A stretch of 64,000 nt of DNA, from IMG/VR virus record IMGVR_UViG_3300027777_000022. One strand, 5' to 3'. This document shows, piece after piece, positions 33,022 through 43,038 of this stretch; the stretch's first letter is position 1, and every line of letters begins with the position of its first letter. This stretch comes from a virus. Lineage: Duplodnaviria > Heunggongvirae > Uroviricota > Caudoviricetes. The position numbers and the translations under genes were made by a program. Under the pieces are notes generated by a model, which saw only the letters and a list, made by a program, of their open reading frames with translations, did not search any database and was not told where the DNA came from.

Positions 33022-33821
33022 CCACTGGCGCTGTAATCTTTGCATTCAACAACGAACTCACTGACTATGTAGGTATGGCGTCATGGAGTGCTGATCGTAT
33101 TCGTCGTCATCTTGGTATTCCGGTAGCAGTAATAACTGACTGTTTAGATCAATCTAAGCTACACAAGTTTGACCAAGTGATACATGCAGATCCCGTCAGC
33201 GGTGGCACAAGATATTTTGATGATTACAAAGAAACCATCACATGGTACAATGCTGGACGAACAGATGCATACAGTCTGACTCCTTGGGATCAAACTCTAG
33301 TGCTGGATGCTGACTATGTTGTTTGTAGCAATGAATTAAAAAATGTGCTTGATATGTCGCAAGACTTTGCGTGTCATCGCCTGGCCTGGGATGTTGCAGC
33401 CATCAATCAATTTGAAGGATTAAACTATTTTGGGCAGAATAAATTTCCCATGTGGTGGGCCACAGTAATGATGTTTCGCAAAGGTAATATTGCACAATAC
33501 ATCTTTGATTGTATGAACATGGTCAAACAAAACTGGATACACTATCGAGATTTATACCACATACAAGGCTCTAATTATCGTAATGATTATGCACTCAGCA
33601 TTGCATTAGGCATAGTAAGTGGACACACATTAAAAGTACACAGCATACCCTGGAGTTTAGCCAGTGTGTTGCCCGAGCATGAACTCTTACAAATTGGTGT
33701 AGATCATTTTGAAATCAAATATCAAGATCAAGGTCAATCAAAAAAGATGGAGTGGCATGGCATGGACTTTCATGCCATGGGGAAAAAATATCTAGGAGAT
33801 ATCATTGCCAATCCAGTCTGA
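33018..33821 (+). CDS. GT-A-fold glycosyltransferase-like protein (GT8-like)
   Basis: GAVIFA N-terminal strand, PWDQTLVLDADY (DxD), NYRNDYALSIA. Confidence 0.65.
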   Translation: MTTGAVIFAFNNELTDYVGMASWSADRIRRHLGIPVAVITDCLDQSKLHKFDQVIHADPVSGGTRYFDDYKETITWYNAGRTDAYSLTPWDQTLVLDADYVVCSNELKNVLDMSQDFACHRLAWDVAAINQFEGLNYFGQNKFPMWWATVMMFRKGNIAQYIFDCMNMVKQNWIHYRDLYHIQGSNYRNDYALSIALGIVSGHTLKVHSIPWSLASVLPEHELLQIGVDHFEIKYQDQGQSKKMEWHGMDFHAMGKKYLGDIIANPV

Positions 33822-34578
33822 ACGCGGGTATATTATTGTTGCACAAAACTCTGACACAATAGACTATGTTGCTTGTGCCAATCAGTTGGCTCGATCTATT
33901 AGGCATTTCCACCCTGATGCTGAAATTTGTTTATTAACCAATACTGAAGAACACGATTCTGATCTATTCAACTACCATAAAACTTTTGCATTTCCGCCAA
34001 GTGACAATCCTTATGCCAGTGATTGGCAAGTGTTTGGTGCAAGCCCGTTTAGACAAACTATCAAACTAGAAGCAGACATGGTCATTGCCAGTGCTATAGA
34101 TCATTGGTGGACTATGTTTGAACATCGAGATGTAGTAATATCCACTGGCGCCAGAGACTTTTATGATCAACCAGCCGACAGCAGATTTTACAGAAAAGTA
34201 TTTGATACCAACAACTTGCCAGACGTTTATAATGCTATAACATACTGGAGGGTGAGTGAAACGGCACAAGAGTTTTTTCGATTGGTTCAAAAGATTTTTG
34301 AACATTGGACCAACTACAAAACTCTGTTAAAATTTCCTGACGAAGTTGCTTCAACTGACTTGGTATATGCTATGGCAGCACAGATCATGGGTGCCGATCG
34401 TGTGACCATGCCCTTTGCAACATATCCACGCATGGTACATATGAAACGCTATGTGATTCCAACTCAAACACACAATTGGACAAAAGAATTAGTATGGGAA
34501 TTGAATCCGTTGAGAATCAACACTGTAGCACAATGGGGTGCAGTGCATTATCATGTGAAGGATTGGCAACATGACTGA
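33805..34578 (+). CDS. GT-A-fold glycosyltransferase-like protein, paralog of the previous gene
   Basis: TTG start with AGGAG; SPFRQTIKLEADM, NNLPDVYNAITYWR, STDLVYAMA. Confidence 0.6.
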   Translation: MPIQSERGYIIVAQNSDTIDYVACANQLARSIRHFHPDAEICLLTNTEEHDSDLFNYHKTFAFPPSDNPYASDWQVFGASPFRQTIKLEADMVIASAIDHWWTMFEHRDVVISTGARDFYDQPADSRFYRKVFDTNNLPDVYNAITYWRVSETAQEFFRLVQKIFEHWTNYKTLLKFPDEVASTDLVYAMAAQIMGADRVTMPFATYPRMVHMKRYVIPTQTHNWTKELVWELNPLRINTVAQWGAVHYHVKDWQHD

Positions 34579-34915
34579 AGAAGAATTCTTGGAATTTTGG
34601 AAAATCTTTCAGTGGCCTGAACCTAAATCAGTATATTATAGACTCTACTACAATGATGTTGGCGAGCCATTGTTTTATAGCCATGAAGATTTACCCGGTA
34701 AACATATTGATATCACTCCTGAGCAGTTTGTACTACAAGACCAATCAGTCAAGATTATTGACGGAAAGTTAGTACGCCAGCAACAAACCAGAATAACTAA
34801 ACTTGTACCCAGAAACTCTGGTGTACTTTGCCATTCGAATGATGTGACTATTGTAGTCGATCAACAACCAGGCCGATATTGGAAGAAAAAAGAAAATGTC
34901 GTTGACACAAATTGA
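34571..34915 (+). CDS. Hypothetical protein (114 aa)
   Basis: ORF track; overlaps both neighbours. Confidence 0.7.
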   Translation: MTEEEFLEFWKIFQWPEPKSVYYRLYYNDVGEPLFYSHEDLPGKHIDITPEQFVLQDQSVKIIDGKLVRQQQTRITKLVPRNSGVLCHSNDVTIVVDQQPGRYWKKKENVVDTN

Positions 34916-35828
34916 TATTGCAGACTTAGATTGCGTGTATCTAAGTTATGATGAACCACAAAAGGAAGAACACTGGGTTAAAATTAAGAATATGGTTCCT
35001 TGGGCCACTCGAGTAGACGGAGTCAAAGGTAGTGATGCTGCCCATAAAGCAGCAGCTGATGTCAGCACTACTGAACGTTTTATCTTGATTGATGGAGATA
35101 ACCTTCCTGATCCAAAGTTCTTTAATCAAACATTATCATTTCCCACCAAAGATCATGAACATGCTGTATTTAGATGGAGAGCACGTAACCACGTGAATGG
35201 ACTCATGTATGGTAATGGTGGGTTGAGTTCATGGACTAGGACTTATGTGCAAGACATGCACACGCATGAAAATACCGACGGCCGCACAGAAACACAGGTT
35301 GAGTTTTGTTTTGATCCGTTGTACTGGTCTATGCATGACTGCTACTCAACCACATACCCCAATGGATCGGCATTCCATGCTTGGCGTGCAGGATTTAGAG
35401 AAGGTGTAAAGATGTGTTTGGATCGAGGTCGCAGACCCACTGTGACTGAGTTTCAAGTTCGGGTTCATCAACGCAATCTTGACCATCTCACTATTTGGCA
35501 CAATGTAGGAGCAGATACAGACTATGGATATTGGGCTATAGCTGGCGCCCGACAAGGCACATATATGACCATGCTGACAGCATGGGATTACTTACAGGTA
35601 CAAAATTTTGATGCATTAGCAGAACTATGGAATACTGTAAAAGATGAACAACCTGAACATGTGAGTAACAATGTTGCCAACGAATTGCACACACAATTGG
35701 ATCTGCCCATGCACCTGCTCACTGTAGAAGCCAGTGCATTTTTCAAACATCACTATCGTAGTAACTGGCACAATCGTGGCGTTATGGTAAGAGAAATAGA
35801 TGTAATACGTCAGCAAGAAGGTTGGTAA
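34896..35828 (+). CDS. GT-A-fold glycosyltransferase-like protein
   Basis: YLSYDEP...RVDGVKGSDAAHKAAA...FILIDGDN (DxD)...AWRAGFREGVK; paralogous to the C-terminal domain of 49217..51811. Confidence 0.65.
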   Translation: MSLTQIDIADLDCVYLSYDEPQKEEHWVKIKNMVPWATRVDGVKGSDAAHKAAADVSTTERFILIDGDNLPDPKFFNQTLSFPTKDHEHAVFRWRARNHVNGLMYGNGGLSSWTRTYVQDMHTHENTDGRTETQVEFCFDPLYWSMHDCYSTTYPNGSAFHAWRAGFREGVKMCLDRGRRPTVTEFQVRVHQRNLDHLTIWHNVGADTDYGYWAIAGARQGTYMTMLTAWDYLQVQNFDALAELWNTVKDEQPEHVSNNVANELHTQLDLPMHLLTVEASAFFKHHYRSNWHNRGVMVREIDVIRQQEGW

Positions 35829-36790
35829 TGTTTGTTATAAGTGGAGTTGATGATAAATTTTGGAATCAATTTGAGTTTATTGAATATCTGGTTGCTAATC
35901 AGCACAAAGTCATTGAACTAAGCATAGTGTCAGAAGCCATTGATTTAGAAAATCTTGGTGTATACAAATTGCTGGATTTGTTTGATTTTGAGCAAGTGAT
36001 TATCAAAACTTGGAATCCATTGGAAAAACATAGTCAATACAAAATTAACTTTCAAGGACCTACATTTTGTTTCAATAAAAATAATTACAATGGTTTAAAA
36101 TATGTAGTTGATATTGATCCTAAATTACACTGCTGGAATCAAGAAAAGATTTTTATGTGTTTATATGGTCGACCCAATGCTGGAAGATTAGCGTTGGCCA
36201 GCGTGCTCAATGAAAAATATCCTAACCAAAGCACAATTCATTTTTCATGCAACACGAGTGACAATTCACTGATACAATTTGAATTTGATAAATTGCTATC
36301 TTATGATATACATACTATGGAATTTGCGGCAAAATTATTAAAATACCTTCCAATATTACAATCCAGCAAAGATCGTTATACACAGTTCAATGGATATGAT
36401 TATAATGATCCATTGACTAAATTATACAAAAACATATTTGTAGATATAGTAGGAGAAACACATGTAATGGGAAGAACATTTTTCCCAACTGACAAAACTA
36501 CCCGACCCATGTTATTAAAAAAACCTTTTATAATATTTGCATCTCGGAATCATCTAACGTATCTAAGACAAATGGGATTTCAAACATTTCATGACTTTTG
36601 GGATGAGGATTATGATGGATACGAAACCAGAGATAGATTATTAAAAATCTATCAAATTATCGATGATTTAGCAACCAGACCAATAGATAAACTAGTTGCT
36701 ATGTATCAAAAAATGCAACCCATACTAGATCACAATTATAATTTGTTAATAAACCAAACATACAGTACAACCGTAACGGAGGTAATCTGA
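35828..36790 (+). CDS. GT-B-like (GT10/exostosin-like C-domain) putative glycosyltransferase
   Basis: IVGETHV...TDKTTRPML-x2-KPFI...LRQMGFQTF-x2-FWDEDYD...ILDHNY; AT-rich. Confidence 0.55.
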   Translation: MFVISGVDDKFWNQFEFIEYLVANQHKVIELSIVSEAIDLENLGVYKLLDLFDFEQVIIKTWNPLEKHSQYKINFQGPTFCFNKNNYNGLKYVVDIDPKLHCWNQEKIFMCLYGRPNAGRLALASVLNEKYPNQSTIHFSCNTSDNSLIQFEFDKLLSYDIHTMEFAAKLLKYLPILQSSKDRYTQFNGYDYNDPLTKLYKNIFVDIVGETHVMGRTFFPTDKTTRPMLLKKPFIIFASRNHLTYLRQMGFQTFHDFWDEDYDGYETRDRLLKIYQIIDDLATRPIDKLVAMYQKMQPILDHNYNLLINQTYSTTVTEVI

Positions 36791-36822
36791 GTAAAAGCAA
36801 TTTCTTATCTTCTGCCGAACAG

Positions 36823-38151
36823 ATGCATGCTGATCTTGGCCCAGCATTATGTTTGGCCAAATGGAAACAGGTCAGCTTACATCTTACCACAGGGTTGAAT
36901 AATTCATGTTATCATCCGCCATTGCACCAGATAGATCCTGATGTAATAGCGATCAATCCTGCGGCATTGCATAATACACAGCATAAAAAAGCACAACGAA
37001 AAATAATGCTACAACAAGAACGCCCTAGTGAATGTAGTTATTGTTGGAACATGGAAGATCTTGGCAAACTGAGTGATCGTCATTATAGATCAGGCGAGCC
37101 TTGGGCAGCAGTAGATTTTGACAAAATAAAAAAATCAACCGGAGAAGAAGATGTTGTACCATCGTATGTGGAAGTTAATTTCAACAATGCATGCAATCTT
37201 AAATGCAGCTATTGTAGCCCGCAGTTCAGCTCTAGCTGGCAACAAGAAGTTGAACGCCACGGCGCCTTTCCTACTTTGGTTCCCCATAACGCTCCTGAGC
37301 ATTTTAGCGGCCATCGCAGGCCTATCCCTTCTCGTGATCACAACCCTTATGTAGAAGCCTTCTGGGCCTGGTGGCCCGCACTGTATCCGGAACTCAAACA
37401 CTTTCGTATGACCGGTGGTGAACCACTAATGGACAAGAATACCTATCGAGTGTTTGACTATGTGCTGGAACATCCTAAAAATGATCTACATTTGGCAGTA
37501 ACTTCAAACTTCAGTGTAGAGCCTGAATTATCACAAAAATACTTTGACTATGTGAAACGACTATGCAATACCAACATTGAACACTTTATGCAATATGTGA
37601 GTCTTGACTCAGGAACTGGACCGCAGGCAGAATATATTCGGCATGGGTTGAATTTTGAAAGATTGCAGAACAACGTAGAAAGATATCTGACAGAAATCCC
37701 ATATCGCAATAGTCTTACATTTATTGTGACCATGAACAATCTAAGTGTAACAGGATTTTTGCCGTTGATGCAATGGATACTGACTCTACGTCGAACACAC
37801 AGTAAAACATATCAACGTGTATGGTTTGATACACCAGTTCTAACACAGCCTGCATGGCAAAGCCTACAAACATTGCCAGAAAGCTATGCTTCAAAACTGG
37901 AACAGGCCAGAGACTTTATGTTGGCAAATCTTGAAACTACCGATGATCCATTCCATGGATTCAAAGACTACGAAGTGCAACGCTTAGAACGTGACATAGC
38001 CTGGATGAAATCAGCACAACCACAACCCACAGCACAAGCAGATTTCTATAGATTTTTTACCGAACACGACCGCCGTAGAGGTACAAACTTTGAGAACACC
38101 TTTCCTGAGATGTTAACTTGGTGGAAACAATGTAGTTTACATGTTAGGTAA
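36823..38151 (+). CDS. Radical SAM protein with N-terminal SPASM/twitch-like domain (true start may be CTG at 36787)
   Basis: CNLKCSYC; TGGEPL; N-terminal LC..KW, SCYHPP, ECSYC. Confidence 0.9.
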   Translation: MHADLGPALCLAKWKQVSLHLTTGLNNSCYHPPLHQIDPDVIAINPAALHNTQHKKAQRKIMLQQERPSECSYCWNMEDLGKLSDRHYRSGEPWAAVDFDKIKKSTGEEDVVPSYVEVNFNNACNLKCSYCSPQFSSSWQQEVERHGAFPTLVPHNAPEHFSGHRRPIPSRDHNPYVEAFWAWWPALYPELKHFRMTGGEPLMDKNTYRVFDYVLEHPKNDLHLAVTSNFSVEPELSQKYFDYVKRLCNTNIEHFMQYVSLDSGTGPQAEYIRHGLNFERLQNNVERYLTEIPYRNSLTFIVTMNNLSVTGFLPLMQWILTLRRTHSKTYQRVWFDTPVLTQPAWQSLQTLPESYASKLEQARDFMLANLETTDDPFHGFKDYEVQRLERDIAWMKSAQPQPTAQADFYRFFTEHDRRRGTNFENTFPEMLTWWKQCSLHVR

Positions 38152-39256
38152 TCGACCAGTCATCTGCGACACTGCCTGTGAGATTTATCCAGAAATACAG
38201 CATCTGGTGGATGATACATTTTGGGATTTTGATCAGCACGATCCACAGGCCAATTCAATCACAATCTTTGCCAGACAAACAGTAAATCAGCATTACATAA
38301 AGATAAAAGAATTGGCCACAACAGGATTCTTTTTACCTGTGTTGGCCAATCCAAGTGAAGGTTCAATTGTACTTAAACTTCAATGTCAACGCCTAGGACT
38401 CCTAGAGTTAATTACTCAAAAGAAACTACTGTTGATAGGCTGCGGAGAGATGGAACCCGAACTCAATTGCATGGTGTATGATTGCTATCTTAATCGAGTA
38501 ATAGGCTATGAACAAAATATTGAACAGGGTAATCGTATTAATGAAATATACAACAAACCAACCAAACCTTACAAATTTCTATTCTTAAATGGACGTACCC
38601 GCCCTCATAGAAAATACATGATAGAAAAGATGCGTGATGCACATTTATTGGAACATGCACTTTGGACCAATCTAGATACAACTCCTGTATATCATCACAC
38701 GTACCAAACTGATCTCTTAAGCAGACCATCCGAGATACAGCTATTGCCAGTTGAATATGAAGTAGAACAATATCTCAACGGTCTTAAAGACCAATATCAA
38801 CAATCGTTTATCAAGCACGAACTGTTCAACAACCAATGGGGAGATGTATATATTCGTGCCGAACCGTACATTGATACCTATTTTAGTTTGATAACTGAAA
38901 CTGTATTTGATTATCCTTACAGTTTACGCAGCGAAAAGATTTATAAACCTATTGCCATGGGTCATCCGTTTGTGGTTGTGGCCAATCGTGAATTCTATAG
39001 AGATTTACGTAACATGGGATTCAAAACTTATCATACACTAATAGACGAATCATTTGATCAAATAGACAACAATCAAGATCGATTAGATCGAATATCACAA
39101 GTGGTTGAAGATCTGTGTTCAAGCGATCTGAATCAATTCCTGGTTGCAGCCCAGTCAATAAGTAAGTATAATCAACAACATATGGCTGATATAGGCCCAA
39201 AAATACATGATGAATTCCCGTACCGTTTCTCCAACTTTATTCAAAATAACCTGTGA
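38141..39256 (+). CDS. GT-B-like putative glycosyltransferase, paralog of 35828..36790
   Basis: FLFLNGRTRPHR; FSLITETVF...SEKIYKPIAMGHPF...LRNMGFKTY-x2-LIDESFD. Confidence 0.55.
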   Translation: MLGNRPVICDTACEIYPEIQHLVDDTFWDFDQHDPQANSITIFARQTVNQHYIKIKELATTGFFLPVLANPSEGSIVLKLQCQRLGLLELITQKKLLLIGCGEMEPELNCMVYDCYLNRVIGYEQNIEQGNRINEIYNKPTKPYKFLFLNGRTRPHRKYMIEKMRDAHLLEHALWTNLDTTPVYHHTYQTDLLSRPSEIQLLPVEYEVEQYLNGLKDQYQQSFIKHELFNNQWGDVYIRAEPYIDTYFSLITETVFDYPYSLRSEKIYKPIAMGHPFVVVANREFYRDLRNMGFKTYHTLIDESFDQIDNNQDRLDRISQVVEDLCSSDLNQFLVAAQSISKYNQQHMADIGPKIHDEFPYRFSNFIQNNL

Positions 39257-40599
39257 ACGATTTAGATTTTAAACGCACTGTACTAGACAATCTAAGTGCA
39301 AGTTTTTGTGCAGCAAAATGGTACAATGCGACCATTTGGTTAGGGAGTGGCATGACTACCAGTTGCCATCATCCTCCGGCTCATTTAGTGGATATTTCTA
39401 TGTTATCTGCTAACCCTAAGCTGCTGCACAATACTGATCAGAAGAAAGCGGATCGACGCAAGATGCTGGCAGGTGACCGTCCTGCAGGTTGCGAATACTG
39501 CTGGAAGATTGAGGACATGGGCAGCGATGCCATCAGCGACCGTGTGTACAAGAGTAAAATTTATCCCATCAAGGCTCTAGATGAAGCATATACCAATCCA
39601 CCTGATCAGGACGTCAACCTCCGTACCTTGGAGATTGCTTTTGACCGCACTTGTCAATTTGCTTGCAGCTATTGTAATCCTGCTTTCAGCAGCACATGGG
39701 TACGAGACATTCATAAAAATGGACCTTACAAAGGCCTTGTGTCTGATGGTCGCAATCACTTTACTCATGAGCATACAAGTAGTCAACTGTATCGGTTTGG
39801 CGAAACAAATCCTTATGTGGAGGCGTTCTTTGCCTGGTGGGAAACGGATCTTCACAAAACTCTTCAGGAACTAAGAATTACCGGCGGCGAACCACTGATG
39901 TCTGGTGAGACTTGGAAACTGATTGATTGGTTCAAGAACAATCCTGGACGTAGCCAAACACGATTAGCTATCAATTCAAATTTGGGCACAGCAGTAGATT
40001 TGGATCGATTGCTTGCTAGCATCACAGGACTAGAAGTTGATCTTTACACTTCCAACGAAAGTGTAGGCTTACAAGCTGAATACATCAGGGATGGTCTAGT
40101 ATGGGATGACTGGGCAAACAATGTAGAGCGATTGTTGGACAGCGGACAATTCCGCGGAATACATGTGATGAACACCATCAATGCATTGTGCTTGGATACC
40201 CTAGACCAATTTTTAGAATGCATGCTGCAATGGAAAACTGAATACGGGCGTGATGCGCTGAGCTTTACTCTGAACATACTGAGATTTCCTAGTTTTCAAT
40301 CACCATTGGTATTGCCTGATGATATGCGTATGCAATATGCACACACATTAGAGACATGGCTTGTGGCCAATCAGCACAGTGAATTCTTGCACGAACATGA
40401 AATCAATCATCTACAACGGCTGATAGATTATCTTGACATAGTAAAAACTCCACATTCAGAATCATTTGAAATGCCCAAGTTGCTAAACGATTTCAAACAA
40501 TTCTACATACAGTATGACCAACGTCGAGACAAAGACTTTGGTTACACATTTCCTAAATTAAAATCCTGGTATGACTCAATACAAATACAACAGCAGTGA
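39253..40599 (+). CDS. Radical SAM protein with N-terminal SPASM/twitch-like domain
   Basis: CQFACSYC; ITGGEPL; FC..KW, SCHHPP, GCEYC; GTG start. Confidence 0.9.
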   Translation: MNDLDFKRTVLDNLSASFCAAKWYNATIWLGSGMTTSCHHPPAHLVDISMLSANPKLLHNTDQKKADRRKMLAGDRPAGCEYCWKIEDMGSDAISDRVYKSKIYPIKALDEAYTNPPDQDVNLRTLEIAFDRTCQFACSYCNPAFSSTWVRDIHKNGPYKGLVSDGRNHFTHEHTSSQLYRFGETNPYVEAFFAWWETDLHKTLQELRITGGEPLMSGETWKLIDWFKNNPGRSQTRLAINSNLGTAVDLDRLLASITGLEVDLYTSNESVGLQAEYIRDGLVWDDWANNVERLLDSGQFRGIHVMNTINALCLDTLDQFLECMLQWKTEYGRDALSFTLNILRFPSFQSPLVLPDDMRMQYAHTLETWLVANQHSEFLHEHEINHLQRLIDYLDIVKTPHSESFEMPKLLNDFKQFYIQYDQRRDKDFGYTFPKLKSWYDSIQIQQQ

Positions 40600-41830
40600 A
40601 CTAGTTCACAATATTGATCTTACCGATCGTGAACGTTTCTTATTAGAAGATTCAAAAACTTTTTGTATCTATCCTTGGATACATCTGCATGCATATCCTA
40701 CCGGGGAAGCATATCCTTGTTGTCATTCAGAAATGAAATTTCCAGTAGGCAATTGTCGTACTCAAACTCTTGAAGAGATATGGCAAGATCAGCCCATGCA
40801 GAAATTAAGAGCTGACATGTTAAGCGAAACTCCTAATCCAGCATGCGGTCGCTGTTACGAACAAGAACAATCAGGATTTTTCTCTGGCAGAAAAAGTGCA
40901 AACAAACATCATGGGCATCATGTAAACAAAATAGAAAAAACTCCTTTTGAGATGACTTATTGGGATATACGTTTTAGTAATCTTTGCAATCTTAAATGCC
41001 GCAGTTGCGGGCATATTTTTTCAAGTCAATGGTATCAAGATCAGGCCAAATTAGCCGGCGGCGACTGGAAGGACCGCAACAAAGTATTAAACTATGCCGG
41101 CCGAACAGAAACTGATATGTGGGAACAGTTGTTACCGCACATGGATTATGTTGAGCAAATATACTTTGCTGGTGGCGAACCATTGTTGATGGAAGAGCAC
41201 TATCGTATTTTGGACGAACTGGTGCGTAGAGAAAGATTTGATGTTAGACTGATTTACAATACAAATTTCACACATACAGATCTCAAAGGTCAAAGTGTGT
41301 TTGAATACTGGAAACTGTTTGACAATGTATCAGTGGGCGCCAGCTTGGATGGGTCAGGCCGGTATGCTGAATACATACGAAAAGGTAGCCGTTGGGATCA
41401 AATTGAAAAGAACCGTCTTGAAATGTTAGACATATGCCCTGCGGTAGATTTTTATATCAGCCCTACACTGAGCATTATGAATGCATGGCATCTGCCTGAT
41501 TTTCATCGAGACTTGGTCAGTCGTGGATTAATAAAACCTCAGGATCTCAATGTAAATATATTGCAAGATCCTCCATTCTATAGAATTGATATTGCACCAA
41601 TGAAATACAAACAACAGTTACGCATGAAGTATCAGGAGCATATTGAATGGTTGCGTCCTCGGGATCCATTGCAACGTGCCACAGTGGGATTTGAATCAGC
41701 CGTTAACTTTATGATGTCCACAGACAATACACATTTGATTGATACGTTCTGGCGCAAGACTCATGAACTGGATGCCATACGCTCAGAACAAATATTAACT
41801 GTGATTCCTGAATTGCACGCATTAACATGA
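40571..41830 (+). CDS. Radical SAM protein with N-terminal SPASM/twitch-like domain
   Basis: CNLKCRSC; FAGGEPL; FCIYPW, YPCC, ACGRC. Confidence 0.9.
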   Translation: MTQYKYNSSELVHNIDLTDRERFLLEDSKTFCIYPWIHLHAYPTGEAYPCCHSEMKFPVGNCRTQTLEEIWQDQPMQKLRADMLSETPNPACGRCYEQEQSGFFSGRKSANKHHGHHVNKIEKTPFEMTYWDIRFSNLCNLKCRSCGHIFSSQWYQDQAKLAGGDWKDRNKVLNYAGRTETDMWEQLLPHMDYVEQIYFAGGEPLLMEEHYRILDELVRRERFDVRLIYNTNFTHTDLKGQSVFEYWKLFDNVSVGASLDGSGRYAEYIRKGSRWDQIEKNRLEMLDICPAVDFYISPTLSIMNAWHLPDFHRDLVSRGLIKPQDLNVNILQDPPFYRIDIAPMKYKQQLRMKYQEHIEWLRPRDPLQRATVGFESAVNFMMSTDNTHLIDTFWRKTHELDAIRSEQILTVIPELHALT

Positions 41831-43038
41831 AAACACCACACGATCAATTCTGTGTGCTGCCTTGGGTCAGCATAGAAGCCAGTCCAATTGGCACAGTTAG
41901 GCCTTGTTGTTTAGCTGATGATGAAATCTTAGATAACAATGGAAATAAATTCACCTTGTCCACAGCTAAGTTTGTTGATATTCAAAACAGCAATCACATG
42001 CGTAACCTACGATTAGAATTTTTAGATGGCAAAAAACCTACCACTTGCCGTCGGTGTTGGAATGAGGAAGAGTCCGGTCGCAAATCAAAACGCATGCATA
42101 CGCTGGATCGTCTTAAACATTCTCTTGGAGATGAACCATGGACCAGGGATGCCAAACCCTTGATGTTTCTAGATCTCAAACTGGGAAACATATGCAATCT
42201 CAAATGCAGGATCTGCGGATCGTGGTCAAGTTCTCAATTTGCAGGCGAAGAAATTTCTTTTTTGCCAAGAGCAGAACAAAAATCCAGTCATGCATACAAG
42301 ATGCTTCGAGCCGGAGCCTGGCCCAAAGAAAACACACATTTTTGGGCAGAAATTGATCACATACTAAACGACATACGTTATATTGAGTTCACTGGCGGCG
42401 AACCATTCATGATTGATCAGCATTTTGATATGCTGCAAGGTATAGTGGATCGTGGTATAGCTGGCCAAGTGGAGATACACTACAATACCAATGGCACCTT
42501 GTTTCCTGAGCGTGGACCAGAAATATGGCAACACTTCAAAACAGTAGAAGTGGCATTCAGCATTGATGATATTGGTGCAAGGTTTGAATATCAACGAAGT
42601 AATGCTGTGTGGCAAACTGTGGTAGAAAACATCAACCGGTTCAGGATCATGCGTGAGCACATGCCCAATTTGCAGTTGCAATGTTGCACCACTGTGAATG
42701 TGTTTAATGTGCGATATCTTGATCAAGTGGCACAATGGATAACTGAACAAGCATTTGATTTTGTATACTGGAACATCATGCATGATGCGTGGTATTTCTC
42801 AATCTCACGATTGCCCGTAGAAACCAAACAAGAAATTGCCAGTTATCTCAGCATGTGCGATATGCCATCAATATATCAATCAGAAATTGAAAGAATTATC
42901 AACTTTATGACCAATGGAGAATCCATGGACGGCGTAGAAACATGTCAGCAAATACGCATGCTAGATCAACGTAGACAGCAAGATCTAAATCGTGATCATG
43001 GGGAATTGGCATACCTACTAAATTATGCAAAAACCTGA
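41827..43038 (+). CDS. Radical SAM protein with N-terminal SPASM/twitch-like domain
   Basis: CNLKCRIC; FTGGEPF; FCVLPW, RPCC, TCRRC. Confidence 0.9.
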   Translation: MKTPHDQFCVLPWVSIEASPIGTVRPCCLADDEILDNNGNKFTLSTAKFVDIQNSNHMRNLRLEFLDGKKPTTCRRCWNEEESGRKSKRMHTLDRLKHSLGDEPWTRDAKPLMFLDLKLGNICNLKCRICGSWSSSQFAGEEISFLPRAEQKSSHAYKMLRAGAWPKENTHFWAEIDHILNDIRYIEFTGGEPFMIDQHFDMLQGIVDRGIAGQVEIHYNTNGTLFPERGPEIWQHFKTVEVAFSIDDIGARFEYQRSNAVWQTVVENINRFRIMREHMPNLQLQCCTTVNVFNVRYLDQVAQWITEQAFDFVYWNIMHDAWYFSISRLPVETKQEIASYLSMCDMPSIYQSEIERIINFMTNGESMDGVETCQQIRMLDQRRQQDLNRDHGELAYLLNYAKT

